A DNA stretch of 64,000 bases from an uncultured Verrucomicrobiae bacterium (lineage in GTDB: Bacteria > Verrucomicrobiota > Verrucomicrobiia > Limisphaerales > Palsa-1400): contig CAVXRD010000002.1 in assembly GCA_963764165.1 (NCBI GenBank), positions 736,001 through 800,000 on the forward strand, given 5' to 3'. The notes beneath the pieces were generated by a model, which saw nothing but the letters and a program-made list of their open reading frames with translations, had not been told where the DNA came from and did no database searches. Numbering within the stretch: position 1 is the stretch's first letter; each line of letters begins with the position of its first letter. Below are positions 18,635 to 29,900 of the stretch, in pieces. A program made the translations under genes and the position numbers.

Positions 18635-19030
18635 AATGTAGCGGGTCTGTAGCGGCTTTGTAGCCCCAATGTTGGGTTCCTCAACGTTTTCGGTGGAATA
18701 GAATCCGGGCACTCGGCCACGAATTAAAACGAGCGACGGGGCGGCTGCGAGCCACAGCTCGCGCCCCGTCGCGGTCGGACAGCGAAACGCTCATTTACAA
18801 CAACTTACCCATGAATGGCTTACAACTATTGGATGGCCCTGAGATGAGGCAGCGAGATTCCCCTGGATTACTGATGTCTGCACCTCCTCAGAGGTTTGGT
18901 TGCTCGCAACCGGGTTTACACGAACTTCTATTCCACTGAAAACGTGGAGGAACCCAATGTTGCCCCTTATCTCGTTGATGGTCAACCGTGTAGCGGGTGT
19001 TGCGGGTTTTTCGGGATTATATGCACATTC
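18635..19030 (-). repeat. GTAACA/GCTACA phased intergenic element, copy 1 (split by the MITE)
   Basis: After removing the MITE, the minus strand reads GAATGTGCATATAATC..AAAA..GCAACA-CCC-GCTACA-CG-GTTGACCATCAAC-GAGAT..GCAACA-N5-GCTACA-N5-GCTACA-N5-GCTACA. Confidence 0.7.
18675..18954. mobile_element. 280-bp non-autonomous ISL3-type MITE
   Basis: 29-bp terminal inverted repeats GGTTCCTC(A/C)ACGTTTTC(G/A)GTGGAATAGAA (2 mismatches). Flanked by the 8-bp direct repeat CAATGTTG (18667-18674 and 18955-18962). No transposase; internal GC hairpin at 18733-18772. Confidence 0.85.
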
Positions 19031-19135
19031 ACAGATGTGCTCTTCCGGTGGTCCTGCGTTGGTTTCTCCAAGCGGAACTCCGGCAACGTCTGCACAGGGA
19101 TTCTCATTCCAACGAAAACGGGGAGGAGCCTCGCA

Positions 19136-20626
19136 CTAAGGCGTGATCCGCCTGGACAGCGTGCTCAAGACGCAGCAAATGACGAGAAACAGCGTCAGAA
19201 CCGAATGCACCTGCATCGGGAAGTCAAAACACGCATGCACCATGCAACCCGCCAGCGAAAGCCACAAAAACATCGCAAAATAGCCGTTCCCATGGACGCC
19301 GCCGCTCCAAAACCAATGCGAGAAGATCAATATGAGTGAGAGAAAAATGGGCGCCGCGCCAACCCAGCCAAAAGTGATGACCGCTTCCAGCCAATCATTA
19401 TGCATGTAAGAAAGCGCCTCGTCCGAGCGCGACCGGCGATAGAGCTGGTGCATGGATTCAAATGTTCCCGGGCCGGTGCCGAAAACAGCGTTGTCCCGCG
19501 CCATGTAGTGTCCGGTTAAATAAAGCCCCGCCCGCGAATCATATCCCTCGTGAATCATTTCCATGCGGGGCGCCAGCGACTCCCATCCCAATAAAATCCC
19601 CGTTCCAACCACGGTCGTCAATACCAGCAGGATGCCCGCCTTGAGCGACCAGTGTCCCGACTTCTGGGCAGTCCACAAAATGACGGAGGACATCACCAGG
19701 TTTGCCATCAAAATCAGGAAGCCGCCGCGGCTGGCGGATATGGCCGGGCCAATCGCCATGATCGCCACACAGGGCAGCAGCATGGCAAAGCGGCTTTTCC
19801 TGGAATGGCTGTCGGCAGGCCGGCGGCGGCGCGTGGCCGACACGGAAGCCCACCAAAATCCGAGAACAGCCGTCCAAAGCAGGTTCAAATATTGCGCGGC
19901 GTTGGCGCGATACGCATAGGGGCCAAATTGCTGGACGGATTCAGTGTTGATTCGCGGCACGACCGTCCAAAGCAGCTTGTTTCCTCCTTCGACGCGCTGA
20001 ACAAGGCCTTGCATGGCGAGCGCGGCGCCATTCAGGGCCAGCAGCCAAAACAACCGCCGCAATCTCAAAGGCAGCCTCGACCCAGCTTGAAACAAAAACC
20101 CTTCCTCCTCAACCCGCTGAATTTCCCTTGGCGCCATCGTCAAAAGCCAGTCGCGCAAGGCCCAGAAAAAACCGGCCAGTCCCAGCAACTGCCAAAATTC
20201 ACCCCAAGTGCTGTCCTGGTCGTAACTATGCGGAAGCCATGGAATGGCAGGAAGATAGTCGAAGCTCCAGGCATTCGGATGGTAAACCGCCCGCGCATTG
20301 ACCGCGCTGACCAGGCAATATCCGAGAATAAGCAGGGTGCCCGCAAAAAGAAGTCCGCTGAACCATCGCTCACGCCGCAGCAGCCGTTCCGGGTTCGTGT
20401 TGGTTGAATACTGGATCCACCGCGCCGGACGATAGCCAAGAACTCGCAGAGCCTGCTTGACCAGCCACAGAAAACCCAGAACGAATCCCACGCCGTTCAT
20501 GACGTGGATGGACCACGTTTGGGTTGTCCCAAATGCCCACGGCCCAAACAATAATCCCAGATAGATCAACAACTCAGTGATCCATTCACAAACCCGGAAA
20601 ATTGTGGCAAGAGCACTGGACATCAT
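19136..20626 (-). CDS. O-antigen ligase / polymerase family membrane protein
   Basis: Multi-TM; FGPY.YRAN.A.Y, SASRGG, FGTGPGTF, HNDWLE, H...DFPMQ. Confidence 0.88.
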   Translation of the reverse strand: MMSSALATIFRVCEWITELLIYLGLLFGPWAFGTTQTWSIHVMNGVGFVLGFLWLVKQALRVLGYRPARWIQYSTNTNPERLLRRERWFSGLLFAGTLLILGYCLVSAVNARAVYHPNAWSFDYLPAIPWLPHSYDQDSTWGEFWQLLGLAGFFWALRDWLLTMAPREIQRVEEEGFLFQAGSRLPLRLRRLFWLLALNGAALAMQGLVQRVEGGNKLLWTVVPRINTESVQQFGPYAYRANAAQYLNLLWTAVLGFWWASVSATRRRRPADSHSRKSRFAMLLPCVAIMAIGPAISASRGGFLILMANLVMSSVILWTAQKSGHWSLKAGILLVLTTVVGTGILLGWESLAPRMEMIHEGYDSRAGLYLTGHYMARDNAVFGTGPGTFESMHQLYRRSRSDEALSYMHNDWLEAVITFGWVGAAPIFLSLILIFSHWFWSGGVHGNGYFAMFLWLSLAGCMVHACFDFPMQVHSVLTLFLVICCVLSTLSRRITP

Positions 20627-20796
20627 CAATCTGGAGAGTTCAACGAACCAGACTGCGAGCGCAAAGTAAAGATGAATTGGCCAGCGGGCCTCCGCAGGCG
20701 CCGGACAAAATTATTCTGCCGCTGTGTTTCGCTGAAGGTGGCAGAGAACTCTCGCCTCTGACGGACGATCGAATCGAGGACTTCGACCGCGCCTGC

Positions 20797-22311
20797 TTAA
20801 TACGCATTTTTCTGCTTTAGGAACGTCATCATCATGATTCGGAAATCAAGGCCGACGCTCCAGTTTTCGACGTACCAGATGTCATAGCGAATGCGTTCTT
20901 CCAGGCTGGTGTTGCCGCGCCAGCCATTGACTTGAGCCCATCCCGTCATTCCGGGCAGGCACGTGTGGCGCGCGTGGTAATGGGGGATCTTATACTTGAA
21001 TTGGGAGATAAGCTCCGGGCGCTCCGGGCGGGGTCCGACGAGACTCATATCGCCTTTGAGAACATTCCAGAACTGGGGAACCTCATCAATGTTCCATTTG
21101 CGCATGAAAGCGCCCACCTTCAGGCGGCGGGGGTCGTTTTCCTTGCACCATTGCGCGCCCGCCGTTTCCGCGTCCAGGCGCATGCTGCGGATTTTATACA
21201 TTTTGAAGGATTTGCCATTTCGGCCCGTGCGGTGTTGGCAATAGAAGATAGAGCCGGGCGATTCCCGATAGACGAGAAATCCAAAAATCGCAATCAACGG
21301 CGCGGCGATGGCCATGCCGACCAGCGCGCCCACTAAATCAATCATCCGCTTCAAGACGCGATTCGAGAAATAATCCAACGCCATTTCGCCAACGCCGAGA
21401 ACGGGAACACCGCTGATGGATTCCAGCCGCAGCCCGGAGGCTAGAATTTGGAAATAGGACGGAATGACCTTGAACTGCGCAAACTCCATTTCGCACAGGT
21501 TTACCAGGCCAATAATTTCTCCCATGGGCGCGTAGAGATCCGCCAAAATGACAATATCCGCCTGGCGTCGTTCCAGAAGGCCGACCAGATTCTGGTAATC
21601 ACCCAGCACTGGCACCGTTTCTGGCGGCCTGGTGTGAAGCCTGCCTTGCGGGGAGGGCACACAGCCGACAATAGTATATGGGTGGTTATCGTCTTCGCTG
21701 ATTTCCTTTTCCAGTTGGTCTGCCTCCTTGCCCCAGCCGACGAAGAGCACACGCTGGCGCAAATTAAACGCGAGCGCCTCCCAGTGGGTGATCTTAAAAA
21801 GGAGATAGCGCCAACCCAGCATCATCACCAAAAGACACACAGAAGAAGACACCATGAATGCTCGCGAGATGGGCGGATCGAACTTTAGAATCAAGCTCAC
21901 CGCCATGTAGGCGAAAAACCAGAAAATCGCCCCTTGAATCAGCACTTTGGCGGTAAGGTGAAACCGCTTGAAAATACGACGGCTATACAGCCTCAAATAA
22001 CAAAAAGTCCCCACCAAAAAAGATGTTCCGACCGCGAGGAGATTGAAGTAATCCGCAAAAATCAAATGCTCGCCCCCGTGTCCCAGCGGAATCATGCCCG
22101 AAGAAAATCGCACCCAATATCCGAGACAAAGGGAGGCGTAAATGACAACCGCATCCAAAAGAAGCGCAATCGTAAGGACAAATTCGGCAGTCGGCTGCCA
22201 GAAATACTCGCGCCGCGGGGTCGACGACGGAGCAATAGACACAGGCTCTTCTACATTAAGCACTTCGAGTTTAGCATTCATGGATTGACTCAATCGGGCG
22301 CTTTTCCCCAT
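20797..22311 (-). CDS. Undecaprenyl-phosphate sugar phosphotransferase (WcaJ-like priming GT)
   Basis: KR.IDL, F.MYKIRSM, DEVPQFWNVLKGDMSLVGPRPE, PGMTGWAQVNG, D..YVENWS. Confidence 0.95.
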   Translation of the reverse strand: MGKSARLSQSMNAKLEVLNVEEPVSIAPSSTPRREYFWQPTAEFVLTIALLLDAVVIYASLCLGYWVRFSSGMIPLGHGGEHLIFADYFNLLAVGTSFLVGTFCYLRLYSRRIFKRFHLTAKVLIQGAIFWFFAYMAVSLILKFDPPISRAFMVSSSVCLLVMMLGWRYLLFKITHWEALAFNLRQRVLFVGWGKEADQLEKEISEDDNHPYTIVGCVPSPQGRLHTRPPETVPVLGDYQNLVGLLERRQADIVILADLYAPMGEIIGLVNLCEMEFAQFKVIPSYFQILASGLRLESISGVPVLGVGEMALDYFSNRVLKRMIDLVGALVGMAIAAPLIAIFGFLVYRESPGSIFYCQHRTGRNGKSFKMYKIRSMRLDAETAGAQWCKENDPRRLKVGAFMRKWNIDEVPQFWNVLKGDMSLVGPRPERPELISQFKYKIPHYHARHTCLPGMTGWAQVNGWRGNTSLEERIRYDIWYVENWSVGLDFRIMMMTFLKQKNAY

Positions 22312-22517
22312 TACTAAAATGCAGATTGGCTACGATCAGGGTTAAAACCACAAAAACCGATTGATTGGCGCCGCCCTTCACCGGATTCCAAGCTGCTTAA
22401 AGGCCCTATATAAAGCAAGGTTTCTGGCGCGGAGCCATGCTCACATGTTGCCTTGGACGCTTACAAAATGCAAGAGTTCTCTTCAAAAAAGTTGGTGCGG
22501 GAGGCGGCAGACCCCAT

Positions 22518-23477
22518 TCAGCACACAGATGCGCCGGCTCGAAACCATTCCACAAATTGCGGTATGCCCCTCTCGATGCGGACCTTGGGCGCATAGCCAA
22601 GGTGGCGTGCCGACTTTGAAATGTCGGCGTACGTCACGGGCACGTCGCCAGATTGCATGGGCTGCCCGTCGATGACCGCCGGCCTGCCGAGAGCCCGCTC
22701 CAGCAGTTCTATCAGCCGCTTCAGGGTGACGGGTTCTGAACCGCCCAAATTGAAGATATCGAATCCGAATTCTCTTTTTGTGCAGGCCACGACGCCGTCC
22801 ACAATATCGCTGACGTATGTATAATCCCGTGCCGTCATGCCATCCCCAAAAACGGGAATTGGTTTCCCAGCCTCAATCAGCCGGGCAAATTTGTGAATGG
22901 CCAGGTCGGGACGCTGGCGTGGGCCGTAGACGGTGAAAAATCGCACCATCACCACGTCCATCCCGTAAACATGATGATAAACATGGCCGAGCGATTCACA
23001 GGCCAGCTTGCTCGATGCGTAAGGAGAAATGGCCGCGAAAACAGGATCACTCTCCGCGAAAGGGACTTTCGTATTGACCCCATAAACGGAAGAAGAGGAG
23101 GCCAGGATCAATTTCTTGACGCCAGCGCGACGGGCCGCCTCCAGGACGTTTACGGTGCCGATGACATTGACTTCCTGAAAGGCGGCCGGCTCGGCCAGGC
23201 TTTGCCGGACTCCCGCCCGGGCCGCCAAATGGATCACTTGATCAAAGCCGGCCGTTTCGAATAACTCGTTCAGGGCGCCTGTATCCGCCAAATCTGCCTC
23301 CACAAAGGCAAACGGCTTTTGGAGAGCGAAAATCTCGCTTAAATTTTGCCGTTTTATTTCGGGACTGTAGAAAGAACTTAAGCAGTCGTAGGCCCAGACC
23401 GAATGGCCTTCCAGCAGCAAACGCTCGCACACATGGGAGCCGATAAAGCCCGCGCCGCCCGTGACGAGTACTTTCAT
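22518..23477 (-). CDS. NAD-dependent nucleotide-sugar epimerase (UDP-glucuronate 4-epimerase-like)
   Basis: TGGAGFIGSH, HLAARAGVR.S, SSSSVYG, YASSK, RFFTVYGP..RPDLA. Confidence 0.9.
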   Translation of the reverse strand: MKVLVTGGAGFIGSHVCERLLLEGHSVWAYDCLSSFYSPEIKRQNLSEIFALQKPFAFVEADLADTGALNELFETAGFDQVIHLAARAGVRQSLAEPAAFQEVNVIGTVNVLEAARRAGVKKLILASSSSVYGVNTKVPFAESDPVFAAISPYASSKLACESLGHVYHHVYGMDVVMVRFFTVYGPRQRPDLAIHKFARLIEAGKPIPVFGDGMTARDYTYVSDIVDGVVACTKREFGFDIFNLGGSEPVTLKRLIELLERALGRPAVIDGQPMQSGDVPVTYADISKSARHLGYAPKVRIERGIPQFVEWFRAGASVC

Positions 23478-23523
23478 GGCTGAACTCGCTGCGCCGCGAA
23501 CTTAGAATGTAGGCCTGATGTTC

Positions 23524-24501
23524 TCAAACAGCCGTTGCCAACTTTTCTGCCGTGCCAGCCGGATTCGCCGCCGGGGCGAAAAGCCGCTGGTAATCCGCAT
23601 AAGCAAGCCGGATTCCCGTTTCCATGTCAATCCGCGGCTTCCAGCCCAAGGCGAAGATGCGCGAACTGTCCATCCATTTGCGCGGCGTCCCATCAGGTTT
23701 GGATGTGTCCCAGACAATCTCGCCGGAAAACCCGACAATGCGGCGGACCATCTCGGCAAGCTCTTTGATCTCCAAATCGGATCCGCAGCCGATGTTGATG
23801 AATTCCGATTCGCTGTAATGATGCATGAGATAGACGGATGCGCTGGCCAGATCGTCCGCGAATAGAAATTCGCGCCGGGGCGTCCCGGTGCCCCAGCACG
23901 TCACCGACGGGGCGCCGGATGTTTTTGCCTCGTGAAATTTGCGGATCAAGGCGGGCAGGACATGGGACTGCTTGAGATCGTAGTGATCGTTAATGCCATA
24001 AAGGCTGGTTGGCATGGCGCTGATGAAATCGCACCCATACTGGCGGCGGTAAGCCTGGCACATCTTGATGCCCGCAATTTTCGCCACCGCATACCATTCG
24101 TTGGTGGGCTCGAGCGGCCCTGTCAATAAATGCTCCTCCTTGAGCGGCTGCGGAGCCAGCTTCGGGTAAATGCACGAGCTTCCCAGGAACAACAGCTTCT
24201 TGACCCCGGAAAGATAGGCGGAGTGAATCAGGTTATTCTGAATCTGCAGGTTTTCGTAAAGGAATTGCGCGGGGTAAGTGTCGTTGGCAAGAATGCCGCC
24301 GACTTTGGCGGCCGCCACGATCACATACTCCGGTTTCTCCCGCTCAAAAAAGCTCTTCACCGCGGCGCTGTCCACCAAGTCCAGTTCCGCGTGGCTTTTT
24401 CCGATTAATCGTGTGTGGCCCAGCCGCTGCAGTTCGCGCCAAATCGCGCTGCCGACAAGGCCCCGGTGTCCGGCCACATATACGCTCGAATCCGTATTCA
24501 T
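23524..24501 (-). CDS. fcl: GDP-L-fucose synthase
   Basis: VAGHRGLVGSA, AAKVGGI.AN, LGSSCIYP, LEPTNEWYAVAKIAG, SHVLPAL, WGTGTPRREFL. Confidence 0.95.
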   Translation of the reverse strand: MNTDSSVYVAGHRGLVGSAIWRELQRLGHTRLIGKSHAELDLVDSAAVKSFFEREKPEYVIVAAAKVGGILANDTYPAQFLYENLQIQNNLIHSAYLSGVKKLLFLGSSCIYPKLAPQPLKEEHLLTGPLEPTNEWYAVAKIAGIKMCQAYRRQYGCDFISAMPTSLYGINDHYDLKQSHVLPALIRKFHEAKTSGAPSVTCWGTGTPRREFLFADDLASASVYLMHHYSESEFINIGCGSDLEIKELAEMVRRIVGFSGEIVWDTSKPDGTPRKWMDSSRIFALGWKPRIDMETGIRLAYADYQRLFAPAANPAGTAEKLATAV

Positions 24502-24798
24502 ATAAAAATCAGTCTGTTGCGCGGGCGCCCCTCCATGAACTCGCAAGCTCTGGAAACCTTGCGGCATCACCAATTTGATCGATTCAATACCGCATCAGCC
24601 ATCGCGCTGAAGAATGGAACCAAAATTTTCTGGTGACAAATCAAAAACCGACGAATCTCCCCACCGGCCTTTGCCGGAAACCTGTTTTCGAGCGAGCATC
24701 GGACGTGCATCCGTCTTGCCGTTCCTGAGTTCGTGAGTTCCAGATTATTCCATTTCCGATATTGTATATTGCGAGGGATTGAATGCGTGCAAAGGATG

Positions 24799-24913
24799 GA
24801 ATGTGCATGAACTCAGAAAATGGGTAACATCGGTTACATTGTTGATTCTCAACAAGATGCAGAGTAACATTTCAGCTACACGTCGGTAACATGAGTAACA
24901 AACCGCTACATTT
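24799..24913 (+). repeat. GTAACA/GCTACA phased intergenic element, copy 2
   Basis: GAATGTGCAT..AAAA..GTAACA-TCG-GTTACA-TT-GTTGATTCTCAAC-AAGAT..GTAACA-N5-GCTACA-N5-GTAACA-N3-GTAACA-N4-GCTACA. Confidence 0.75.
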
Positions 24914-24962
24914 CTTCCAGCGAGAGCCGGGTTGCCTGCCAGACTTCGCCGGAACCCTGTTT

Positions 24963-25052
24963 TGCAGGGTGCAACGGGGTTGCAAAAACGGTAGGTGCAA
25001 TAGGGTGCAATAGAGTGCAACGGCTCTTTGCGGCGAAACCCGTTGAATGCAA
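24963..25052 (+). repeat. Tandem (G/T)TGCAA array with ~10-bp period
   Basis: GTGCAA at 24969, 24995, 25005, 25015; TTGCAA at 24980; ATGCAA at 25047. Confidence 0.6.
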
Positions 25053-25460
25053 CCCTGTGGACTTTTCTTGGGATTCCTCTGCGCACTCATCTTCTTTGCG
25101 CGAAAGTTTTTTTCCATATAAAATGGCATAGACGCATTCTGGCACGCGGTCGCCGAATAAAAAACCTACCGGAGGTTTTTCACCACGATTTTTTGGGAAA
25201 TATTGCATATTTTTGAATCTGGAACCACGGAACGACGGAAAAGGGCCTGCTGCAACCGGTTTGGAGGATTTCTCTGGCCGATTGGAACGGCGGTCAGTTT
25301 TTTGTGAATTTTTGTGATTTTGCTTGCAGGCACTCGCGCTCTTCTGAAATACATGAGCTCCGTAGGCATGAGAACCAACGTGGCCCGCAAAAGCGCTTCT
25401 TCCGATTTCAAACACGCAAATTTAACCGATAACAAAGCAGACTTTAAGAGACGCCGCCAA

Positions 25461-26903
25461 GTGTCTGCACAGCGAGCGAGGATAATTCTGCTTTTTCTGG
25501 GGATGCTTGTTCCCGGCCTGCGCGTGTTCGCAGGCGTGCCGGTGATGACGAGCGGTGGAAACACAAACCAGACGATTCTTGATTCCTGGTCGTTTGCCGA
25601 CACGACTTACTGGACAACTGACCAGGGATTTTCTCCCATTTCCTTCACTAATATCGCCGTTTCCTACGCGGGGCCGGGCAATTCCCTCTTGGTCGATTCG
25701 AGCAATGTGGCATCGCTTAGATATAATCTCGTTGAAACTTCGGGGGCCACAAATCTGCAAATTGAAAGCGAAGGCAGTTTCATGTTCTGGTTTTTCCCGG
25801 ATTGGGCCAGCACCAGCAACACGAATATGACCGGCTACGGCCCCGGTGTTGCCGGTCGATTGATTGAAGTGGGCGCAACCAACAGCCCGGCAGGTTGGTG
25901 GAGCTTCTTCATGGATGAAGGCGGGAACAATTTGTATTTCTCGGCCCAGGACGGCGCGGGCAATTTCACCAACTATCTTGCGGGGCCGATCTCGTTTTCC
26001 AGCAACACATGGCATCTGGTGGCGCTCTCGTGGACGAGCACCAACTCATCGCTTTACGTGGATGGCCAATGGGTCACCAATGGGACTGGTTTGAGCGTGT
26101 TGCCTCCTGCGGGTGCGCTCACCAATGGTTTTACGATTGGGAGCGATCTGGCCACTGGCACCAAGCAGATGCACGGGGCCATGAATGATCTCATCACCTT
26201 TAATTACGCCATTGAAACAAACCAGGTCGAAACGGAGTGGGTGCTTGGGGGCGCTTTTTACGGGATGAACCCGAACCTGATCGGAAATTTGACCAACGCA
26301 CCCTCCAACCCCACGATGGCGGTCGGATTTTACGATGTGGTGGGCGGCTCCGGATATTTGAACGTCGTTGGGACCGAATTCTCCAGTTGCACCAACGGTC
26401 CTGCCGTGGAGATTGTTTTCCCCGAGGTCTGGGGTGTGCCCGGCTCCAACAACATGAGCTTTATGATCGAAGGCGGGAATCCTTCGTGGCTGTATGACGT
26501 CTTTGCGATAGGCTCCCTGCCCAATCCCAAGACCAATGGCACTTGGACGTGGATGGGCCAGGCCTATCCGTGCTACACCAACGTCATTTATGGATTCACC
26601 AACCAGTCCATTTATCTGATTCTCGGCACGCCCCAAGATTCTGATGGTGATGGGCTTACAGATGCCTATAAATTGCTGGTATCGCATAGCAGCACGAATC
26701 AATTCGACACCCTCAACGACGGCATACCGGATGCCTGGAAAGTGCTCAACCGGCTGTGCACCACGAATCCTGGCACATGGGCGAATGACCCTGATGGCGA
26801 CGGGCTCGTGAATCTGCAAGAATATCTTTACGGCACCAATCCCAAAGTGAGCGAAGGCTTTGAGATATGGACTTCCGAGCCCACCGCTTCGGGAATCCCC
26901 TGA
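25461..26903 (+). CDS. Secreted LamG-like jelly-roll protein with C-terminal TSP3-like Ca-binding repeats
   Basis: Signal-like RARIILLFLGML..VFA; SF.FWF.P.W, WHLVALSW, LYVDG, G.MNDL; DSDGDGLTD, DGIPD.W, DPDGDGL.NLQEY..GTNP. Start uncertain (25368 also possible). Confidence 0.8.
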   Translation: MSAQRARIILLFLGMLVPGLRVFAGVPVMTSGGNTNQTILDSWSFADTTYWTTDQGFSPISFTNIAVSYAGPGNSLLVDSSNVASLRYNLVETSGATNLQIESEGSFMFWFFPDWASTSNTNMTGYGPGVAGRLIEVGATNSPAGWWSFFMDEGGNNLYFSAQDGAGNFTNYLAGPISFSSNTWHLVALSWTSTNSSLYVDGQWVTNGTGLSVLPPAGALTNGFTIGSDLATGTKQMHGAMNDLITFNYAIETNQVETEWVLGGAFYGMNPNLIGNLTNAPSNPTMAVGFYDVVGGSGYLNVVGTEFSSCTNGPAVEIVFPEVWGVPGSNNMSFMIEGGNPSWLYDVFAIGSLPNPKTNGTWTWMGQAYPCYTNVIYGFTNQSIYLILGTPQDSDGDGLTDAYKLLVSHSSTNQFDTLNDGIPDAWKVLNRLCTTNPGTWANDPDGDGLVNLQEYLYGTNPKVSEGFEIWTSEPTASGIP

Positions 26904-26925
26904 GACTAACCACGCTCCAAACAAC

Positions 26926-29900
26926 ATGAAGGCAACGAAAGCGAAATTGGCGTCATTGATTTTGGTCATCTTTGCGATGCTGATGGGGCTGCATTCGCAG
27001 CGCGCCTTTGCGGGCGCCTGCACGTGCGCCCGGTTTAACAGCAGCAAGGATTTTGGCTGCCGCCGTTCGGCGGGCGATACAGGCGCGCGGCCGTCTGGAG
27101 TCAGCGGCAATGGTGGAAACAATTGCGTCTGCTCGAATTGCACCGGAATGCCGCGCTGGAGCGTGAGTGAGCCTTACCTTAATCTCCACGTTGGGGACGA
27201 GCCGCTGAGCTACATGACTTCATCAGGGCAAAAACTGGCTTTCCGCTGGAACCTTGTGCAGCCCACGGGCGAGGGCTACTCGCTTCCGCTGGTGGATCAA
27301 GTGCCGGATCTCGCCTCGTCGTGGCCAAGTTGGCCATCCGCCTACTTCGGCTGCAATGTGCGTCTCAACAACGAGCTTATTCCTCCGTTTTACGAATCCT
27401 ATGCGGCGGCGGATTACCTGAATGATGTGTATTCCAGCGTCGTTTGGTATCCAAGCCCGGTCTGGACTCACAATTTCATGTCGGAAATCATCTTTTGGGA
27501 CAGCAACTGGGAGACGAACAACACGACAAACGCCGTATTCCAGAACGGCTATCAAGCCCTGGCTTTGGACCCTTCAGGAGGGTGTTATTATTTCACCAAG
27601 AACGTGACAAACCAAACCCTCAATCCCGCCACGCTTCTGACGAATGCCCAAACCGGAATCATTTTGCAGCCGTTATCCAGCAACGGCTATCCGACCGCTA
27701 CAACGAACGCGGAATGGTCGGGAGTTGCCTGGGGAAATTCCAGCAATGGGTTTCAATTGGTTTATCCTGATGGCAGCAAAGATGTCTACGGATTGGCGTT
27801 CTATGCACCCGGCTTGCTTGAACTCAGCTTCCCTAGCGGTAATTATGTCAAGTCTTCCAACTCGACGGCTTATGCCCTGTTGACGCAAAAGGTCGATCCG
27901 GCTGGAAGAGTGACTCAAATCGGATACGAGTACACGAATGTTCTTGCAATATGGCCTCATACGAACTCCTTCAACACGTTTCGTGTCCGCTATGTTATCG
28001 ATTCAGACGGCCGGACCAATTCGTTCGTATATCAGACCAATGGCGCCGTCTATCCGTGGCAGGTGTCAGAGGTTAATGATCCATTCGGCAGAAAGGCCAC
28101 GTTCACCTATGGATCTGCTGGGGGGGGGGACGGCGAGTTACCGGAATGGGATGTTCCCGGACAGCTCTATAGCATCACTGACACAGAGGGGATAAGCAAT
28201 TCTTTTAATTACAACGGTGTTGGCGATGGAGTCGAGGAGCTGAGTTCCATCACCACGCCATATGGGATGACCACGTTTAAGTATGCCTTCCAAACCGAAG
28301 GCGACACCACGGAAGGATACTCGATGCGGGCCATTTATGTTTCCGAGCCTGAAGGGGCAAATCAACTCTACGCCTACATTCACACGAATAATGTTGAAAG
28401 CAGCGCTGTCGCGCCCGCCGTTGCGGGCTGGGATTTTGACAATGGGGCTTCGACAAATGGAGGTGCGGATGTTGGCCTCTTCCACCGCAACAGTTTTTAT
28501 TGGGGACGCAGCCAGGCGCCCAATCTTTCTGTCTACGGTGAGCTGGGGACAAATCTTGCGGCGGCCATTGGGAATTTGACGGCCAGTGATTTGAAAATCG
28601 GACGGATGCGCCACTGGCTGCTCGACACCGACGGCATTTCCATCACGGAAGCCCTTTCCAGCGAGCGCGATCCGTCGCCTGATTCAGCGGGGTCGATTGA
28701 GGGCCAGCGAACTTGGTTCGCATACACCAACACTGGCCCTGCCGACGTGTTTACATCACCAAACATCGGATGCATCGCCCAAACGCTTCCCGATGGAACC
28801 AGCCAGTATACGCGGTACTCCTATTATCCGTCGGGCCTCGTGGGCACCAACGAACAAAGCTGCGCTTTTCCGGACGGCTCGATTGGCGAACTGGCCACCT
28901 CGTTCTACTACAATAACGGCAATAATGTTGATCTCACCGAAGTCGCCAATTCGATTGGCCAGTCTGTCAATGTCGTCTACAACACGAGGCACGAGCCGCT
29001 CCATATAACAAACGCGCTGGGATATGTCACAACGCTGGCTTGGGATAGTTCGTCCGGCAACCTGACCAGCGTTGTGCTGCCCACCGGCCAGTCAATTTCG
29101 CTAACTTACTATCCGTCGAATACGGGTGGTGTCATTACGAACACCAATTCGTTCTTGGAAAGTGTGACAGTCCAGCCCGAGAATCGCGTCACCACGATTA
29201 CGGACTACACCAATGCCCTGCCGCGCATCATCCATGCCACGGGCACCGCCGTGCCGGATTTGTGGATCACGAATATGTGGGACGGCTTGAGCCGGCTCGT
29301 CTGGGCGGGTTTTCAGGACGGCACCTCCATCTCGAACATCTACACCATTCTGGACTTGGGCGCTCATAAGGATCGTGTCAACAATTGGACAACCTTTGAT
29401 TATGATGGATTGGAGCATTTGATCGCGGTAACCAACGCATTGGGGAATGCGACGCGCTATGGTTGGTGCTCCTGTGGTTCATTGACCTCGATTACCAACG
29501 CCCTGGGCTACGTCACGCATCTCAATCGAGACAACCAGGACCGGCTAATAAGCGTGGTCTTTCCAGACACTTCAAGCCTCACCAACCAGTATGATCTAAC
29601 CGGAAGACTAACAAACCAATTGGATGGCCTCGGGAACTGGCGCCGGTACATGTATAATATCCAGGATCAGGTCGTTCAAGTCCAAAATTCGGCCGGCCAG
29701 ATATATGGAGCGGCCTATGACCCCGCCGGACGGGTTGTGCTCGCGACGAATGCCAATGGAGTGGTCGTCAGCAACAGCTTTGATTTGCTGAATCGCCTCA
29801 CGGAGCGTCGGTGGCTTGCTGGATCGAACATTTACTTTCTCTATAGTTCCAACGGTCTTATCGCCTTCACCAATCAAGACGGCCATTGGACTCATTTCGG

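Noticed and set aside
18791..19339. ORFs 18791-18985 (-) and 18896-19339 (+) as genes or a transposase
   Set aside because: They cross the MITE boundary or lie antisense to the ligase gene, and have no recognisable transposase motifs
24745..25603. Minus-strand ORFs in the fcl-LamG intergenic region
   Set aside because: They run through hexamer arrays, lack protein motifs and overlap one another
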